64,000 nt of DNA from the NCBI GenBank assembly GCA_902771785.1, contig CACXYH010000004.1, positions 5,849 to 69,848 on the forward strand, written 5' to 3'. The position numbers were made by a program, and so were the translations under genes. Under the pieces are notes generated by a model. That model was not told the origin of the DNA. It searched no databases and saw only the letters and a list, made by a program, of their open reading frames with translations. Shown in pieces: positions 33,975-42,876 of this stretch; position 1 is the first letter of the stretch, and each line of letters starts with the position of its first letter. Source of the DNA: an uncultured Prevotellaceae bacterium. Its GTDB lineage: Bacteria > Bacteroidota > Bacteroidia > Bacteroidales > Bacteroidaceae.

Positions 33975-35048
33975 ATGAAGAAACTTGCAATTCTGGCCCT
34001 TTCGGCCTTTGCACTGGCAGCCTGTCAGAGCAATCAGTATAAAATTGAAGGCTCAGGAGCAGGGCTGACCGATGGCGACACGCTCTACTTCACCTCCGAC
34101 CTGGCTATGGGAATACCGAGCGACACGCTCATTGTAAAGGACGGAAAGATCACGAAGAGCGGCGAGACAGACTCTACCTACCTCTGTCTCATCTATAACC
34201 ACAGTATAGGCTCTGCCTCTTTCTTCCTGGAACCCGGCGACATCACGATTAGCTTCGGCGACGACGGACACTTCAAAGTGAGCGGTACGCCCAACAACGA
34301 CCGGCTGCAAGCGCTGATTGACACTGCCAAAGTCTACGATGAGCGTATTAACAAGGTGGTAGAAACGCTGTCGCAGCTATCGAACGAGGAAGAGCATAAG
34401 GCCGCCATGGATAAGATTCAGAAGATACAGGGCGAACTCAACAAGGTGGTTCTCGCTACTGCCGAGAAGAACATAGACAATGAGTTCGGCTACTATCTGA
34501 TTACCAACATGGACGACGTCGACCCAGAGGAGAAGATGGGAATCATCAGCAAGATGCCTGCTAAGTTCCAGGAACGCGAAGCCGTGAAAGTGTTGAAACA
34601 AATGGCTGAGGCTGCCAAGAAGACTGCCATCGGACAGCCGATGCCCAGCTTCACCATGAACACTCCCGAGGGTCAGCCCCTCAACATCATGGACGAGGTG
34701 AAGAAGAACAAGGTGACCATTCTTGACTTCTGGGCCTCTTGGTGCGGTCCCTGCCGTCAGGAGATGCCAAACATGAAGGAGCTCTATGCCAACTACAAGG
34801 ACAAGGGCCTCGGCATCGTAGGCATTTCGCTCGATGAAGACGGCGATGCCTGGATGGAAGCCATCAAGGAGCTGGGCCTTACCTGGCCGCAAATGAGCGA
34901 CCTGAAAGGCTGGCAGTGCGAGGCCGGACAGATGTTCCAAGTCAATGCTATCCCCTTCATGGCCATTGTCGACCAGAACGGAACCATCATTCAGAAGGGA
35001 CTTCGCGGCCAGGAACTGGAGCAGTTCATCAGCGAGCAGCTGAAGTAA
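33975..35048 (+). CDS. TlpA-family thiol:disulfide oxidoreductase lipoprotein (N-terminal DUF4369-like domain)
   Basis: Lipobox LAAC and the C-terminal thioredoxin fold with DFWASWCGPC. Confidence 0.85.
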   Translation: MKKLAILALSAFALAACQSNQYKIEGSGAGLTDGDTLYFTSDLAMGIPSDTLIVKDGKITKSGETDSTYLCLIYNHSIGSASFFLEPGDITISFGDDGHFKVSGTPNNDRLQALIDTAKVYDERINKVVETLSQLSNEEEHKAAMDKIQKIQGELNKVVLATAEKNIDNEFGYYLITNMDDVDPEEKMGIISKMPAKFQEREAVKVLKQMAEAAKKTAIGQPMPSFTMNTPEGQPLNIMDEVKKNKVTILDFWASWCGPCRQEMPNMKELYANYKDKGLGIVGISLDEDGDAWMEAIKELGLTWPQMSDLKGWQCEAGQMFQVNAIPFMAIVDQNGTIIQKGLRGQELEQFISEQLK

Positions 35049-35056
35049 GTAAAACA

Positions 35057-35188
35057 GAAGTGCCGCTTTGGCCCCGTCAAAGCGGTACTTTAGCCTAGTT
35101 AAAGCGGCACTTTAAGGTAGCCAAAGCGGCACTTCAGCATAGCCAAAGCGGCACTTTGCATCAGTCAAAGTGCCGCTTTCGCATTCAG
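35057..35188. repeat. 22-bp-phased repeat array B (6 units, 132 bp), AAAG-N5-CTTY family
   Basis: Units: GAAGTGCCGCTTTGGCCCCGTC, AAAGCGGTACTTTAGCCTAGTT, AAAGCGGCACTTTAAGGTAGCC, AAAGCGGCACTTCAGCATAGCC, AAAGCGGCACTTTGCATCAGTC, AAAGTGCCGCTTTCGCATTCAG. The array starts 9 nt after the tlpA-like stop and ends at the panD stop. Confidence 0.9.
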
Positions 35189-35530
35189 TCATACATGGTT
35201 GTTCTTCGGGAAGACCACAGTTGGCTTAAACTGCTTCGCCTCTTCAAAATCCATCAAGGCATAGGAGATGATGATAACCGTATCGCCTACCTGAACCTTA
35301 CGAGCGGCTGCGCCGTTCAGGCAAATGCATCCGCTGCCGCGCTCACCCTTGATGATATACGTCTCAAAGCGCTCGCCGTTGTTGTTGTCCAGTATCTGCA
35401 CCTTTTCTCCGGCAATCATATTGGCAGCATCCATCAAGTCTTCGTCAATGGTTATGCTTCCCATATAATTCAAATTAGCCTCAGTCACCTGTACACAATG
35501 AAGCTTCGACTTCAACACTTCTATCATCAT
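35189..35530 (-). CDS. panD: Aspartate 1-decarboxylase
   Basis: 113 aa. [26 protein letters not shown], with the self-processing G-S site. Confidence 0.95.
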   Translation of the reverse strand: MMIEVLKSKLHCVQVTEANLNYMGSITIDEDLMDAANMIAGEKVQILDNNNGERFETYIIKGERGSGCICLNGAAARKVQVGDTVIIISYALMDFEEAKQFKPTVVFPKNNHV

Positions 35531-36387
35531 ACTGCTTCCTTATATTTTATGTGGTCAATGAGGCGAATGGGCGTTTTACCGCAATACACCGTGATACAGC
35601 CGACGATGTAGGGCGAGTCGCTCCAATCCTTAACATCCTGCAGCGTGTTTCCATCGACGATTGCGAAATACTCCACCTTGAGTCCTTCCGTGCTATTGAT
35701 GGTATCCACCACATGGTCGTGAGTCTCTGCGAGTGTGTGAGTCTTCGCATAGGTAAGGCTTTCCTTCAGCGCCTTGTAGATGTTCGGCGCGATGGCCCGC
35801 TCGTCAGGAGCCAGGAGCGTGTTCCTACTGCTGCGTGCCAAGCCGTCAGCATCTCTCACGATAGGGCATTCCACGATGTTGACGCCCAGTCCCAAATGCC
35901 GCACCATGGCTTTCACCACAGCTATCTGCTGCCAGTCTTTCTCACCAAAGTAGGCCCGGTCGGGGCGAACGATATAGAAGAGTCGGCTCACCACCTGGCA
36001 CACTCCGTTGAAATGACCAGGCCTGTGGGCACCCTCCATGACGGTAGACACAGGCGGATACTCAAACTGGCGCGTATCGGGAGTGGGATACATCTCCTCT
36101 ACCGAGGGCGCAAGCACGTAGTCGGCCTTGCACGACTCAAGCAGGCGGCAATCAGCCTCCAGGTCGCGAGGGTAGTTTTTCAAGTCATTCTTGTCGTTAA
36201 ACTGGGTGGGGTTGACGAAGACCGACACCACCGTCACATCGTTATCCTCAACACTGCGCCGCACAAGCGATGCGTGTCCTTCATGCAGGGCTCCCATTGT
36301 AGGTACAAGTCCAATCGTTTTGTTCTGTTTGCGGTCCTCGAAGAGAGCATTCTGCAAGTCCGCAATCTTTTCAAATACTTTCATCAA
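35527..36387 (-). CDS. panC: Pantoate--beta-alanine ligase
   Basis: 286 aa. [14 protein letters not shown] (HxGH) and FGEKDWQQ. 4-nt overlap with panD. Confidence 0.95.
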   Translation of the reverse strand: MMKVFEKIADLQNALFEDRKQNKTIGLVPTMGALHEGHASLVRRSVEDNDVTVVSVFVNPTQFNDKNDLKNYPRDLEADCRLLESCKADYVLAPSVEEMYPTPDTRQFEYPPVSTVMEGAHRPGHFNGVCQVVSRLFYIVRPDRAYFGEKDWQQIAVVKAMVRHLGLGVNIVECPIVRDADGLARSSRNTLLAPDERAIAPNIYKALKESLTYAKTHTLAETHDHVVDTINSTEGLKVEYFAIVDGNTLQDVKDWSDSPYIVGCITVYCGKTPIRLIDHIKYKEAV

Positions 36388-36439
36388 TCAATAGTCGATT
36401 TTATACTTCCACAAAATGTAAGTTACGCTTTTGCGGGTG

Positions 36440-36447
36440 CAAAGTAA
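36440..36447 (-). promoter_or_regulatory. -7 promoter element (TTACTTTG) for panCD
   Basis: Plus-strand CAAAGTAA, 53 nt upstream of the ATG at 36387. Confidence 0.45.
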
Positions 36448-36553
36448 CAACTTTTTTACGAAATAAGGAAAAAATAAACTAAAAATAAGCCTATTAAATG
36501 TCACTTTTTCCTAAAATCTTACTCTCTGTGCACGATATGCGATTTTTTTTTCG

Positions 36554-36561
36554 TACCTTTG
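36554..36561 (+). promoter_or_regulatory. -7 promoter element (TACCTTTG) for the glgA-like operon
   Basis: Lies 21 nt upstream of the ATG at 36582. Confidence 0.5.
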
Positions 36562-36581
36562 CAGGGATTAAACAAAGTACG

Positions 36582-37394
36582 ATGGCTAAAAAGAAAATTC
36601 TATTTATCAATCAGGAAATAGCTCCTTATGTTCCAGACAACCACATGTCCATCATGGGACGTGAACTTCCTCGTGTCATGCAAGAGAAAGGACACGAAAT
36701 CCGTACCTTCATGCCTAAATGGGGAAACATCAACGAACGGCGGGGCCAGTTGCACGAGGTCATCAGGCTTTCGGGCATGAATCTGATTATCAACGACACC
36801 GACCATCCACTCATCATCAAGGTCGCCTCTATCCAGCAAGCCCGCGTTCAGGTCTATTTTATCGACAACGACGACTACTTCACCAAGCGCCAGATGGAGA
36901 AAGACGAGCTTGGCGAGGACTATCCCGACAACGGAGAGCGCGCCATCTTCTTCGCACGCGGCGTGCTTGAGACGGTCAAGAAGTTGCGCTGGATTCCCGA
37001 CATCATACATTGTCAAGGCTGGATGAGCGCCGTCGTACCGTTCTATATCAAGAAAGCATACCACGATGAGCCCTGCTTTGCCGAGACAAAGGTTGTTACT
37101 TCACTGTTCACCAAGACAGTTAGCAAGGACTTGGGCGAGAACTTCAAGCAGAGCCTGGAGTTCCGTGAAGCCACTGCCGACCTGCTCAAGCCTTACAACG
37201 ACCAATTCGACATCAGGGAATTGGGCAAGTTGGCCATCGACTACAGCGATGGAATCATCAAGGCTGATGCAGAAGTAAACGAAGAACTCGTCAGTTATGC
37301 AACAAAGAAGGGGCTGCCCATACTCGACTATCATGAAGACTTCGGCGATGCCTACGAAGACTTCTACAAGCTGATTTGCCCTGAAGAAGAATAA
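36582..37394 (+). CDS. Short glycogen/starch-synthase-like protein (GT5 N-terminal-domain type)
   Basis: ORF trimmed to MAKKKILFINQEIAPYV. 270 aa. The panC / glgA-like / DUF4270 gene order is typical of Bacteroidales. Confidence 0.7.
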   Translation: MAKKKILFINQEIAPYVPDNHMSIMGRELPRVMQEKGHEIRTFMPKWGNINERRGQLHEVIRLSGMNLIINDTDHPLIIKVASIQQARVQVYFIDNDDYFTKRQMEKDELGEDYPDNGERAIFFARGVLETVKKLRWIPDIIHCQGWMSAVVPFYIKKAYHDEPCFAETKVVTSLFTKTVSKDLGENFKQSLEFREATADLLKPYNDQFDIRELGKLAIDYSDGIIKADAEVNEELVSYATKKGLPILDYHEDFGDAYEDFYKLICPEEE

Positions 37395-37440
37395 AAAAAG
37401 GATTTATCTACATACTATCATCATTAAGATTAAAACTTCA

Positions 37441-38898
37441 ATGATTAAGTTCAAGTTACTGGCTGGAGTTGCACTTGCAACAATAGCCATTTCTTCATGC
37501 GAAGAAGAAACGCTCAATATCGGAAACTCCCTGACCTACGAGGGCGACAAAGTCAGCGCCACCTCAACCACCTTCAACGTAGCAACCCGCACCATCGTTG
37601 CCGACTCGGTGCTGTCACTCTCAAACAAATGCTACCTTGGAAAGGTGAAAGACCCAGAGACCGGAGCCAACGTGACAAGCGACTTCAGCACACAATTCAA
37701 CCTGTATGAGCATTTCTACTTTCCACTTGAAGACTCAATCGTAAGCCGTTACGACGGAAAAGTGGCGGCCGACTCTTGCGATATTATTCTTTATCTGAAG
37801 AATCAGTTCCTTCCCAACGACAGCCTTCTGGCCATGAAGATGAACGTCAAGGAAATGGGAACTCCCGCCGAGGAAGGCATACGCTACTATTCGAACTTCG
37901 ATCCCATTGCCCACGGACTCATCCGTACTGACGGCATCGACAAGTCGAAGATGTTCACATACGCCAATTTGGCCGACAAAGACAGTCTCAGAAAGAAGAG
38001 CACCTACCTCAACAACATTTGCATTTCGCTGAAGGAGCCCTACACCGACAAGGCCGGCAACCAATACAACAACTATGGTACCTACTTGCTGCAGAGCTAC
38101 TACAAGCATCCGGAGTACTTCAAGAACTCATATACCTTCATACACAACGTGTGTCCGGGCTTCTTCTTTAAGATTACCGACGGCTTTGGCTTCCATGCGC
38201 TGGTGTCTGACATGGGTATAAGAATCTACTATCGTGCCAACCACAATGACAGCATCTACAATTCGATTTTCACGCTGGCCGGTACAAAGGAAGTGCTACA
38301 GACTACCCACGTGACCAACGACATGGCTGCCATCCGCGCATTGGCAGATGACAACACATGCACTTACCTGAAGACTCCCGCAGGTCTCTTCACCGAAGCA
38401 ACACTGCCTGTCGACGAGATCAGGGCCAATCATACCACCGACTCGCTCGTGGCAGCAAAGCTCACCCTGCAGCGGTTGAACTACAACAGCAGCGACAAAC
38501 GTTCGCTCGGCATCCCTTCAACCCTGCTGATGGTTGAAAAAGACAGCCTTACCAACTTCTTCGAAAAGAACAGCATACCCGACGGAAAGCAGGCTTTCTA
38601 TGCTGTCTATGCGTCGAGTACCAACACCTACACATTCAGCAACATCTCCAACCTCATCACTCGCCTTTGGGAAAACAAGCAGAATGGCATGGATGCCGAC
38701 CCCAACTGGTTGGCTAAGCATCCCAACTGGAACAAAGTGGTGCTGGTACCCATCAGCCTGACTGTGAACTCAACGACCAGTACCGTCACCAATTGCGAGC
38801 ACGACATGTCGCTGACCAGCACCCGACTCGTAGGAGGCTCGGCCAATCCTAACGCTCCAGTGCAAATCAACATTGTCTACGCCAAGTTCAAGCAGTAA
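37441..38898 (+). CDS. DUF4270-like lipoprotein
   Basis: 485 aa with lipobox AISSC. Position immediately after the glgA-like gene, as in other Bacteroidales (family name from memory). Confidence 0.6.
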   Translation: MIKFKLLAGVALATIAISSCEEETLNIGNSLTYEGDKVSATSTTFNVATRTIVADSVLSLSNKCYLGKVKDPETGANVTSDFSTQFNLYEHFYFPLEDSIVSRYDGKVAADSCDIILYLKNQFLPNDSLLAMKMNVKEMGTPAEEGIRYYSNFDPIAHGLIRTDGIDKSKMFTYANLADKDSLRKKSTYLNNICISLKEPYTDKAGNQYNNYGTYLLQSYYKHPEYFKNSYTFIHNVCPGFFFKITDGFGFHALVSDMGIRIYYRANHNDSIYNSIFTLAGTKEVLQTTHVTNDMAAIRALADDNTCTYLKTPAGLFTEATLPVDEIRANHTTDSLVAAKLTLQRLNYNSSDKRSLGIPSTLLMVEKDSLTNFFEKNSIPDGKQAFYAVYASSTNTYTFSNISNLITRLWENKQNGMDADPNWLAKHPNWNKVVLVPISLTVNSTTSTVTNCEHDMSLTSTRLVGGSANPNAPVQINIVYAKFKQ

Positions 38899-38903
38899 CA
38901 ACG

Positions 38904-39035
38904 ATGGCCGACGGATATCTGGAGAAGCATCAGCAGGATTACGAAGCACGCAAGGCCGAATACCTGCGCAAGAAGAAACATCTGCCCAGCCTGAGGCAGA
39001 ACAGATTACAGCGCCCCGACGACGAGGCGCTGTAA
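38904..39035 (+). CDS. Candidate small protein (43 aa), below the ORF-track cutoff
   Basis: The ATG at 38904 lies 5 nt after the DUF4270 stop. Translation MADGYLEKHQQDYEARKAEYLRKKKHLPSLRQNRLQRPDDEAL. The ORF ends inside a hairpin plus T-run. Confidence 0.45.
   Translation: MADGYLEKHQQDYEARKAEYLRKKKHLPSLRQNRLQRPDDEAL
39009..39032 (+). terminator. Hairpin at the end of the small ORF
   Basis: CAGCGCC (39009-39015) / GGCGCTG (39026-39032), followed by TAATCCGTTTTG. Confidence 0.4.
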
Positions 39036-39112
39036 TCCGTTTTGCCCTCAATGCTGTTTGGTGACAAATGGCGACGGCAAACGTCCTATTAATAGACTAT
39101 AAAGACTGACTC

Positions 39113-40606
39113 ATGAAACAAATACTAACCTTACTCCTACTCTGTATTTCCATACAACTTAGTGCAGGCGAAATCAGCGTCGGCAAGGACCAAAGCATTC
39201 ACGAAGCATTGCGCCAGGCCCGCGAATGGCGGCGTACTAACGACCCTCGCTGCGACGGCGGTATCACCATCAGCATCAAAGCGGGCCGCTACTACATGAA
39301 CGAACCGCTCTTCCTGCGTCCCGAAGACAGCGGAACCAGTGCTTCGCCCACCATCATCAGGGGCGAAAAGGGCACCGTCTTGTGTGGCGATGCCATGCAG
39401 AAGCACAACCAAGTATGGCCCAAAGAGGGCATGCTACGCCTCACTGACTTCGACCTGCAGAAGCGTACCATCAGTATTCCCACGCCCCCCAAGCAGATAC
39501 TTGGGATGAAGAACCTCGAGATGGTGGTTCACCAACGTTGGGCCATCGCCATTCTACGTGTGAAGAACATCGAAGTGAAAGGCGACAAAGCCATCGTCAG
39601 TTTCCTTGAACCCGAAAGCCGACTGGAGTTCGAGCATCCCTGGCCGCAGCCCGTCATCGGTGGCGAAAAGGGCAACAGCTCTTTTTTTCTCAGGACTACA
39701 GAGCAACGCGACGGCATCGAGCAGCTTGTTGTTGTCGACGGAGCCAGCCACATCACCTTCGAAGGCATCACCTTCGAGAACACTTGCTGGAACCGTCCGC
39801 TGCACCAAGGGCACGTAACCCTGCAGGGCGGATTCCCCATCGTCGATGCCTATAAGCTGCAGAAAGAAGGTCTGCCGTGGGATGCGGGCCTTGAGAACCA
39901 GGCGTGGATTGAGCGCCCAGTCAGCGCTGTCAGCGTGAAGAACGCCAAGCAAGTACACTTTACCCGCTGCAACTTCCGCCATCTCGGAGCCACAGCACTC
40001 GACTTCGTTGGTGGCATCAGCTACTGCAGCATAGCCGACAACAGTTTCGAACACATTGGTGGTACGGCTATCATGGCCGGTTCTTTTGCCGAAAGCCCCC
40101 GCGAGGTGCACCGTCCGTATGACGACCTGGCGCAACAGTGCCGCCATCTCACCATCTCGGGCAACACCATCAGTCATGCCACCACCGAGGACTGGGGAGC
40201 CGTGGCTATCAGTTGCGGTTACGTGCGCGACTGTACGATCTCGGGCAACACCATCAATCACGTCAACTACTCCGGCATCTGCGTCGGCTGGGGCTGGACT
40301 TCGCACGAGACGGGCATGGAGAACAACCACATTATTAATAATAAGGTGAGCAACTACGCCTGCCAACTCTATGATGCCGGCGGCATCTACACGCTGAGCA
40401 ACCAGCCTCGCTCGTCTATTCGCGACAACAACATCACGCAGCCCTACCCTGCTCCCTACGCCACTAACGACCGCGGCTTCTGCATCTACCTCGATGCGAA
40501 GACCGACGGATTCACCATTCAAAACAACATGACCGAAGGCCGACTCATACGCCGCAACGAAATAGGCGACAATCACCCCGGCCCCAATCTCGTATTCAAA
40601 CAATGA
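39113..40606 (+). CDS. Secreted right-handed parallel beta-helix repeat protein (putative glycan-active enzyme)
   Basis: 497 aa with a signal peptide. Repeated NxxI/GxxI rungs (ISGNTISH, ISGNTINH, IINNKVSN, IRDNNITQ) are typical of pectin-lyase-fold proteins. Confidence 0.65.
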   Translation: MKQILTLLLLCISIQLSAGEISVGKDQSIHEALRQAREWRRTNDPRCDGGITISIKAGRYYMNEPLFLRPEDSGTSASPTIIRGEKGTVLCGDAMQKHNQVWPKEGMLRLTDFDLQKRTISIPTPPKQILGMKNLEMVVHQRWAIAILRVKNIEVKGDKAIVSFLEPESRLEFEHPWPQPVIGGEKGNSSFFLRTTEQRDGIEQLVVVDGASHITFEGITFENTCWNRPLHQGHVTLQGGFPIVDAYKLQKEGLPWDAGLENQAWIERPVSAVSVKNAKQVHFTRCNFRHLGATALDFVGGISYCSIADNSFEHIGGTAIMAGSFAESPREVHRPYDDLAQQCRHLTISGNTISHATTEDWGAVAISCGYVRDCTISGNTINHVNYSGICVGWGWTSHETGMENNHIINNKVSNYACQLYDAGGIYTLSNQPRSSIRDNNITQPYPAPYATNDRGFCIYLDAKTDGFTIQNNMTEGRLIRRNEIGDNHPGPNLVFKQ

Positions 40607-42876
40607 AACAAACGAACTACCACCTTTTCGACTTCATGGACTTCGACCCTGCACTGCAACGCGACGAAGCTCTTTGGAAGGCAGACAGACCCAGTGCTGT
40701 CTGGATGCGCGACGGCGACATCTGCATTTCCATCCCATTTGTGCGCCAAGCGCTTGCTGCCGACATGGCTGCCGATGCTTCCGAGCAGCAGGAAGAGTAC
40801 ACGATGGTCATCCGCTACTATGAGCCAAACATCCTTCGAGTGTTCATCGACTTCGAGCATAAGGACAACTTGACTCCTGTTGAGGAGGACGACATGCTGC
40901 AATACGCAGAGCAGATACAAAAGAAACCATTACGGCTGTGTCACGAAGCAGAACCTCACGGCCACTATTATGCCTGCACGGAAGATGGTGTCAAGCGCCT
41001 GCACATCGTACAGACATCTCCCGACATCGACTTCTGGAGCGACCTGCAGCCTGCACCGCAGAACACTGTAGACATTCGCTTCTATCCCGATGGGAAACAT
41101 GAGGTGCGGCTGGCCTCTTACGACCACTTCTCGCCGCCACGCTATGATGCGCTTCCACTGGCTTACTGCCAGACGGCGGGCAATAACGACCGGGCCACCC
41201 TCTCGTTTGAGTGCCTGCCTGATGAATGCTTCGTGGGAACAGGCGAACGCTTCATGAAGCTGGACCTCAGCGGCCAGACGTTTCAGCTCAAGAACCAAGA
41301 CGGGCAGGGCGTCAACAACCGCCGCTGCTACAAGAACATTCCCTTCTATCTCAGCAGCCGCATGTATGGCACGTTCTACCACACCACTGCCTATAGCAAG
41401 CTCTCGCTGGCAGGACAATCTACGCGCAGCATCCAATTCATGAGCGACCAGGCCCAGATAGATGCCTTCATCATTGGCGGTGAAACTCCTGAGGAAATAC
41501 TGCGCGGCTACCGAATGCTGACAGGCTTTCCGCAGATGCCCCCGCTGTGGTCGTTCGGCATCTGGATGAGCCGCATGACCTACTTCTCGGCCGACGAGGT
41601 AGACGAAATCTGCGACCGTCTGCGGCGCGAGCACTACCCGTGCGACGTGATTCATCTCGACACGGGATGGTTTCGCACCGACTGGCTCTGCGAATGGAAG
41701 TTCAACCCCGAACGCTTCCCCGACCCGAAAGCATTCATCCATCGGCTGAAGGACAAAGGCTTCAAGGTGTCGTTGTGGCAACTGCCATACATCGCTTCCG
41801 GAGCAGAGCAGATTGGCGAGGCCAAAGCCAACAACTACATCAGCCGACCGACGAAGGAAGAAGACAGTTCTACGGGCGGCGCCTCTAATTTCTCAGCACT
41901 CGACTACGCCGGAACCATTGACTTCACCTACCCGAAGGCCACCGAGTGGTATAAGAACAGCCTGCTGAAACCCTTGCTGGAGATGGGCGTGAAGTGCATC
42001 AAGACCGACTTCGGAGAAAACATTCACATGGACCACCAGTACCACGGCATGACTCCCGAACGGCTGAACAACATCTACGCCTTGCTATATCAGCGAGCTG
42101 CCTACAACGTGACAAAGGAAGTTACGGGCGATGGCATCGTTTGGGCTCGCTCGGCCTGGGCCGGCTGTCAGCGCTACCCGCTGCACTGGGGAGGCGATTC
42201 TGCCTCAACCTGGGACGGAATGGCCGGTTCGCTGAAGGGCGGACTGCACTTCGGACTTTCGGGCTTTGCTTTCTGGAGCCACGACGTACCGGGTTTTCAC
42301 ACCCTGCCCAACTTCATGAATGGCATTGTGCAGGACGATGTGTACGTAAGGTGGACGCAGTTTGGCGTCTTCTCCTCCCACATGCGCTATCATGGAACCA
42401 ACAAGCGCGAGCCCTGGCACTACCCCAACATTGCGCCCATCGTCAAGCGTTGGTGGAAGCTACGCTACCGACTGTTGCCCTATATCGCCGAGCAGGCCGA
42501 GGCTTGCACAAAGACCGGCTACCCCATGCTGCGCGCCTTGATATTCCACCATCCGCACGACCGCCAATGCTGGCACATCGACGACGAATACTACTTCGGC
42601 TCGGAGTTCCTCGTATGCCCCGTGATGAACAGCGAGGGACGCCGCGACATCTATCTGCCCGAGGGGCTCTGGGCAAACTTCTTCACTGGCCAGCGACTGG
42701 AGGGCGGGCGCTGGTACTACGACGTAGAGGTGCCCCTCGAAGAGATGCCCGTCTTCGTGCGCCCTGGCTCGCTCATCAAGCTGTATCCCGATGAGGTAGA
42801 CAGCACAGATGAAATGGACCTCTCGAAAGCCATCACCATCGAAATAACCAAAGAATATAAAGGAACAGAGTTATGA
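40603..42876 (+). CDS. Glycoside hydrolase family 31 (YicI-like alpha-xylosidase/alpha-glucosidase type)
   Basis: 757 aa with VIHLDTGWF, the nucleophile region CIKTDFGE and HWGGDSAS. ATGA overlap with the upstream gene. Confidence 0.8.
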   Translation: MKQTNYHLFDFMDFDPALQRDEALWKADRPSAVWMRDGDICISIPFVRQALAADMAADASEQQEEYTMVIRYYEPNILRVFIDFEHKDNLTPVEEDDMLQYAEQIQKKPLRLCHEAEPHGHYYACTEDGVKRLHIVQTSPDIDFWSDLQPAPQNTVDIRFYPDGKHEVRLASYDHFSPPRYDALPLAYCQTAGNNDRATLSFECLPDECFVGTGERFMKLDLSGQTFQLKNQDGQGVNNRRCYKNIPFYLSSRMYGTFYHTTAYSKLSLAGQSTRSIQFMSDQAQIDAFIIGGETPEEILRGYRMLTGFPQMPPLWSFGIWMSRMTYFSADEVDEICDRLRREHYPCDVIHLDTGWFRTDWLCEWKFNPERFPDPKAFIHRLKDKGFKVSLWQLPYIASGAEQIGEAKANNYISRPTKEEDSSTGGASNFSALDYAGTIDFTYPKATEWYKNSLLKPLLEMGVKCIKTDFGENIHMDHQYHGMTPERLNNIYALLYQRAAYNVTKEVTGDGIVWARSAWAGCQRYPLHWGGDSASTWDGMAGSLKGGLHFGLSGFAFWSHDVPGFHTLPNFMNGIVQDDVYVRWTQFGVFSSHMRYHGTNKREPWHYPNIAPIVKRWWKLRYRLLPYIAEQAEACTKTGYPMLRALIFHHPHDRQCWHIDDEYYFGSEFLVCPVMNSEGRRDIYLPEGLWANFFTGQRLEGGRWYYDVEVPLEEMPVFVRPGSLIKLYPDEVDSTDEMDLSKAITIEITKEYKGTEL

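Noticed and set aside
39554-42794. Antisense or alternative-frame ORFs inside the beta-helix and GH31 genes (39554..40603, 40930..41781, 41994..42794).
   Set aside because: They are shadow ORFs of GC-rich coding sequence, with Arg/Ala/Gly/His-rich translations. The sense frames carry GH31 catalytic motifs.
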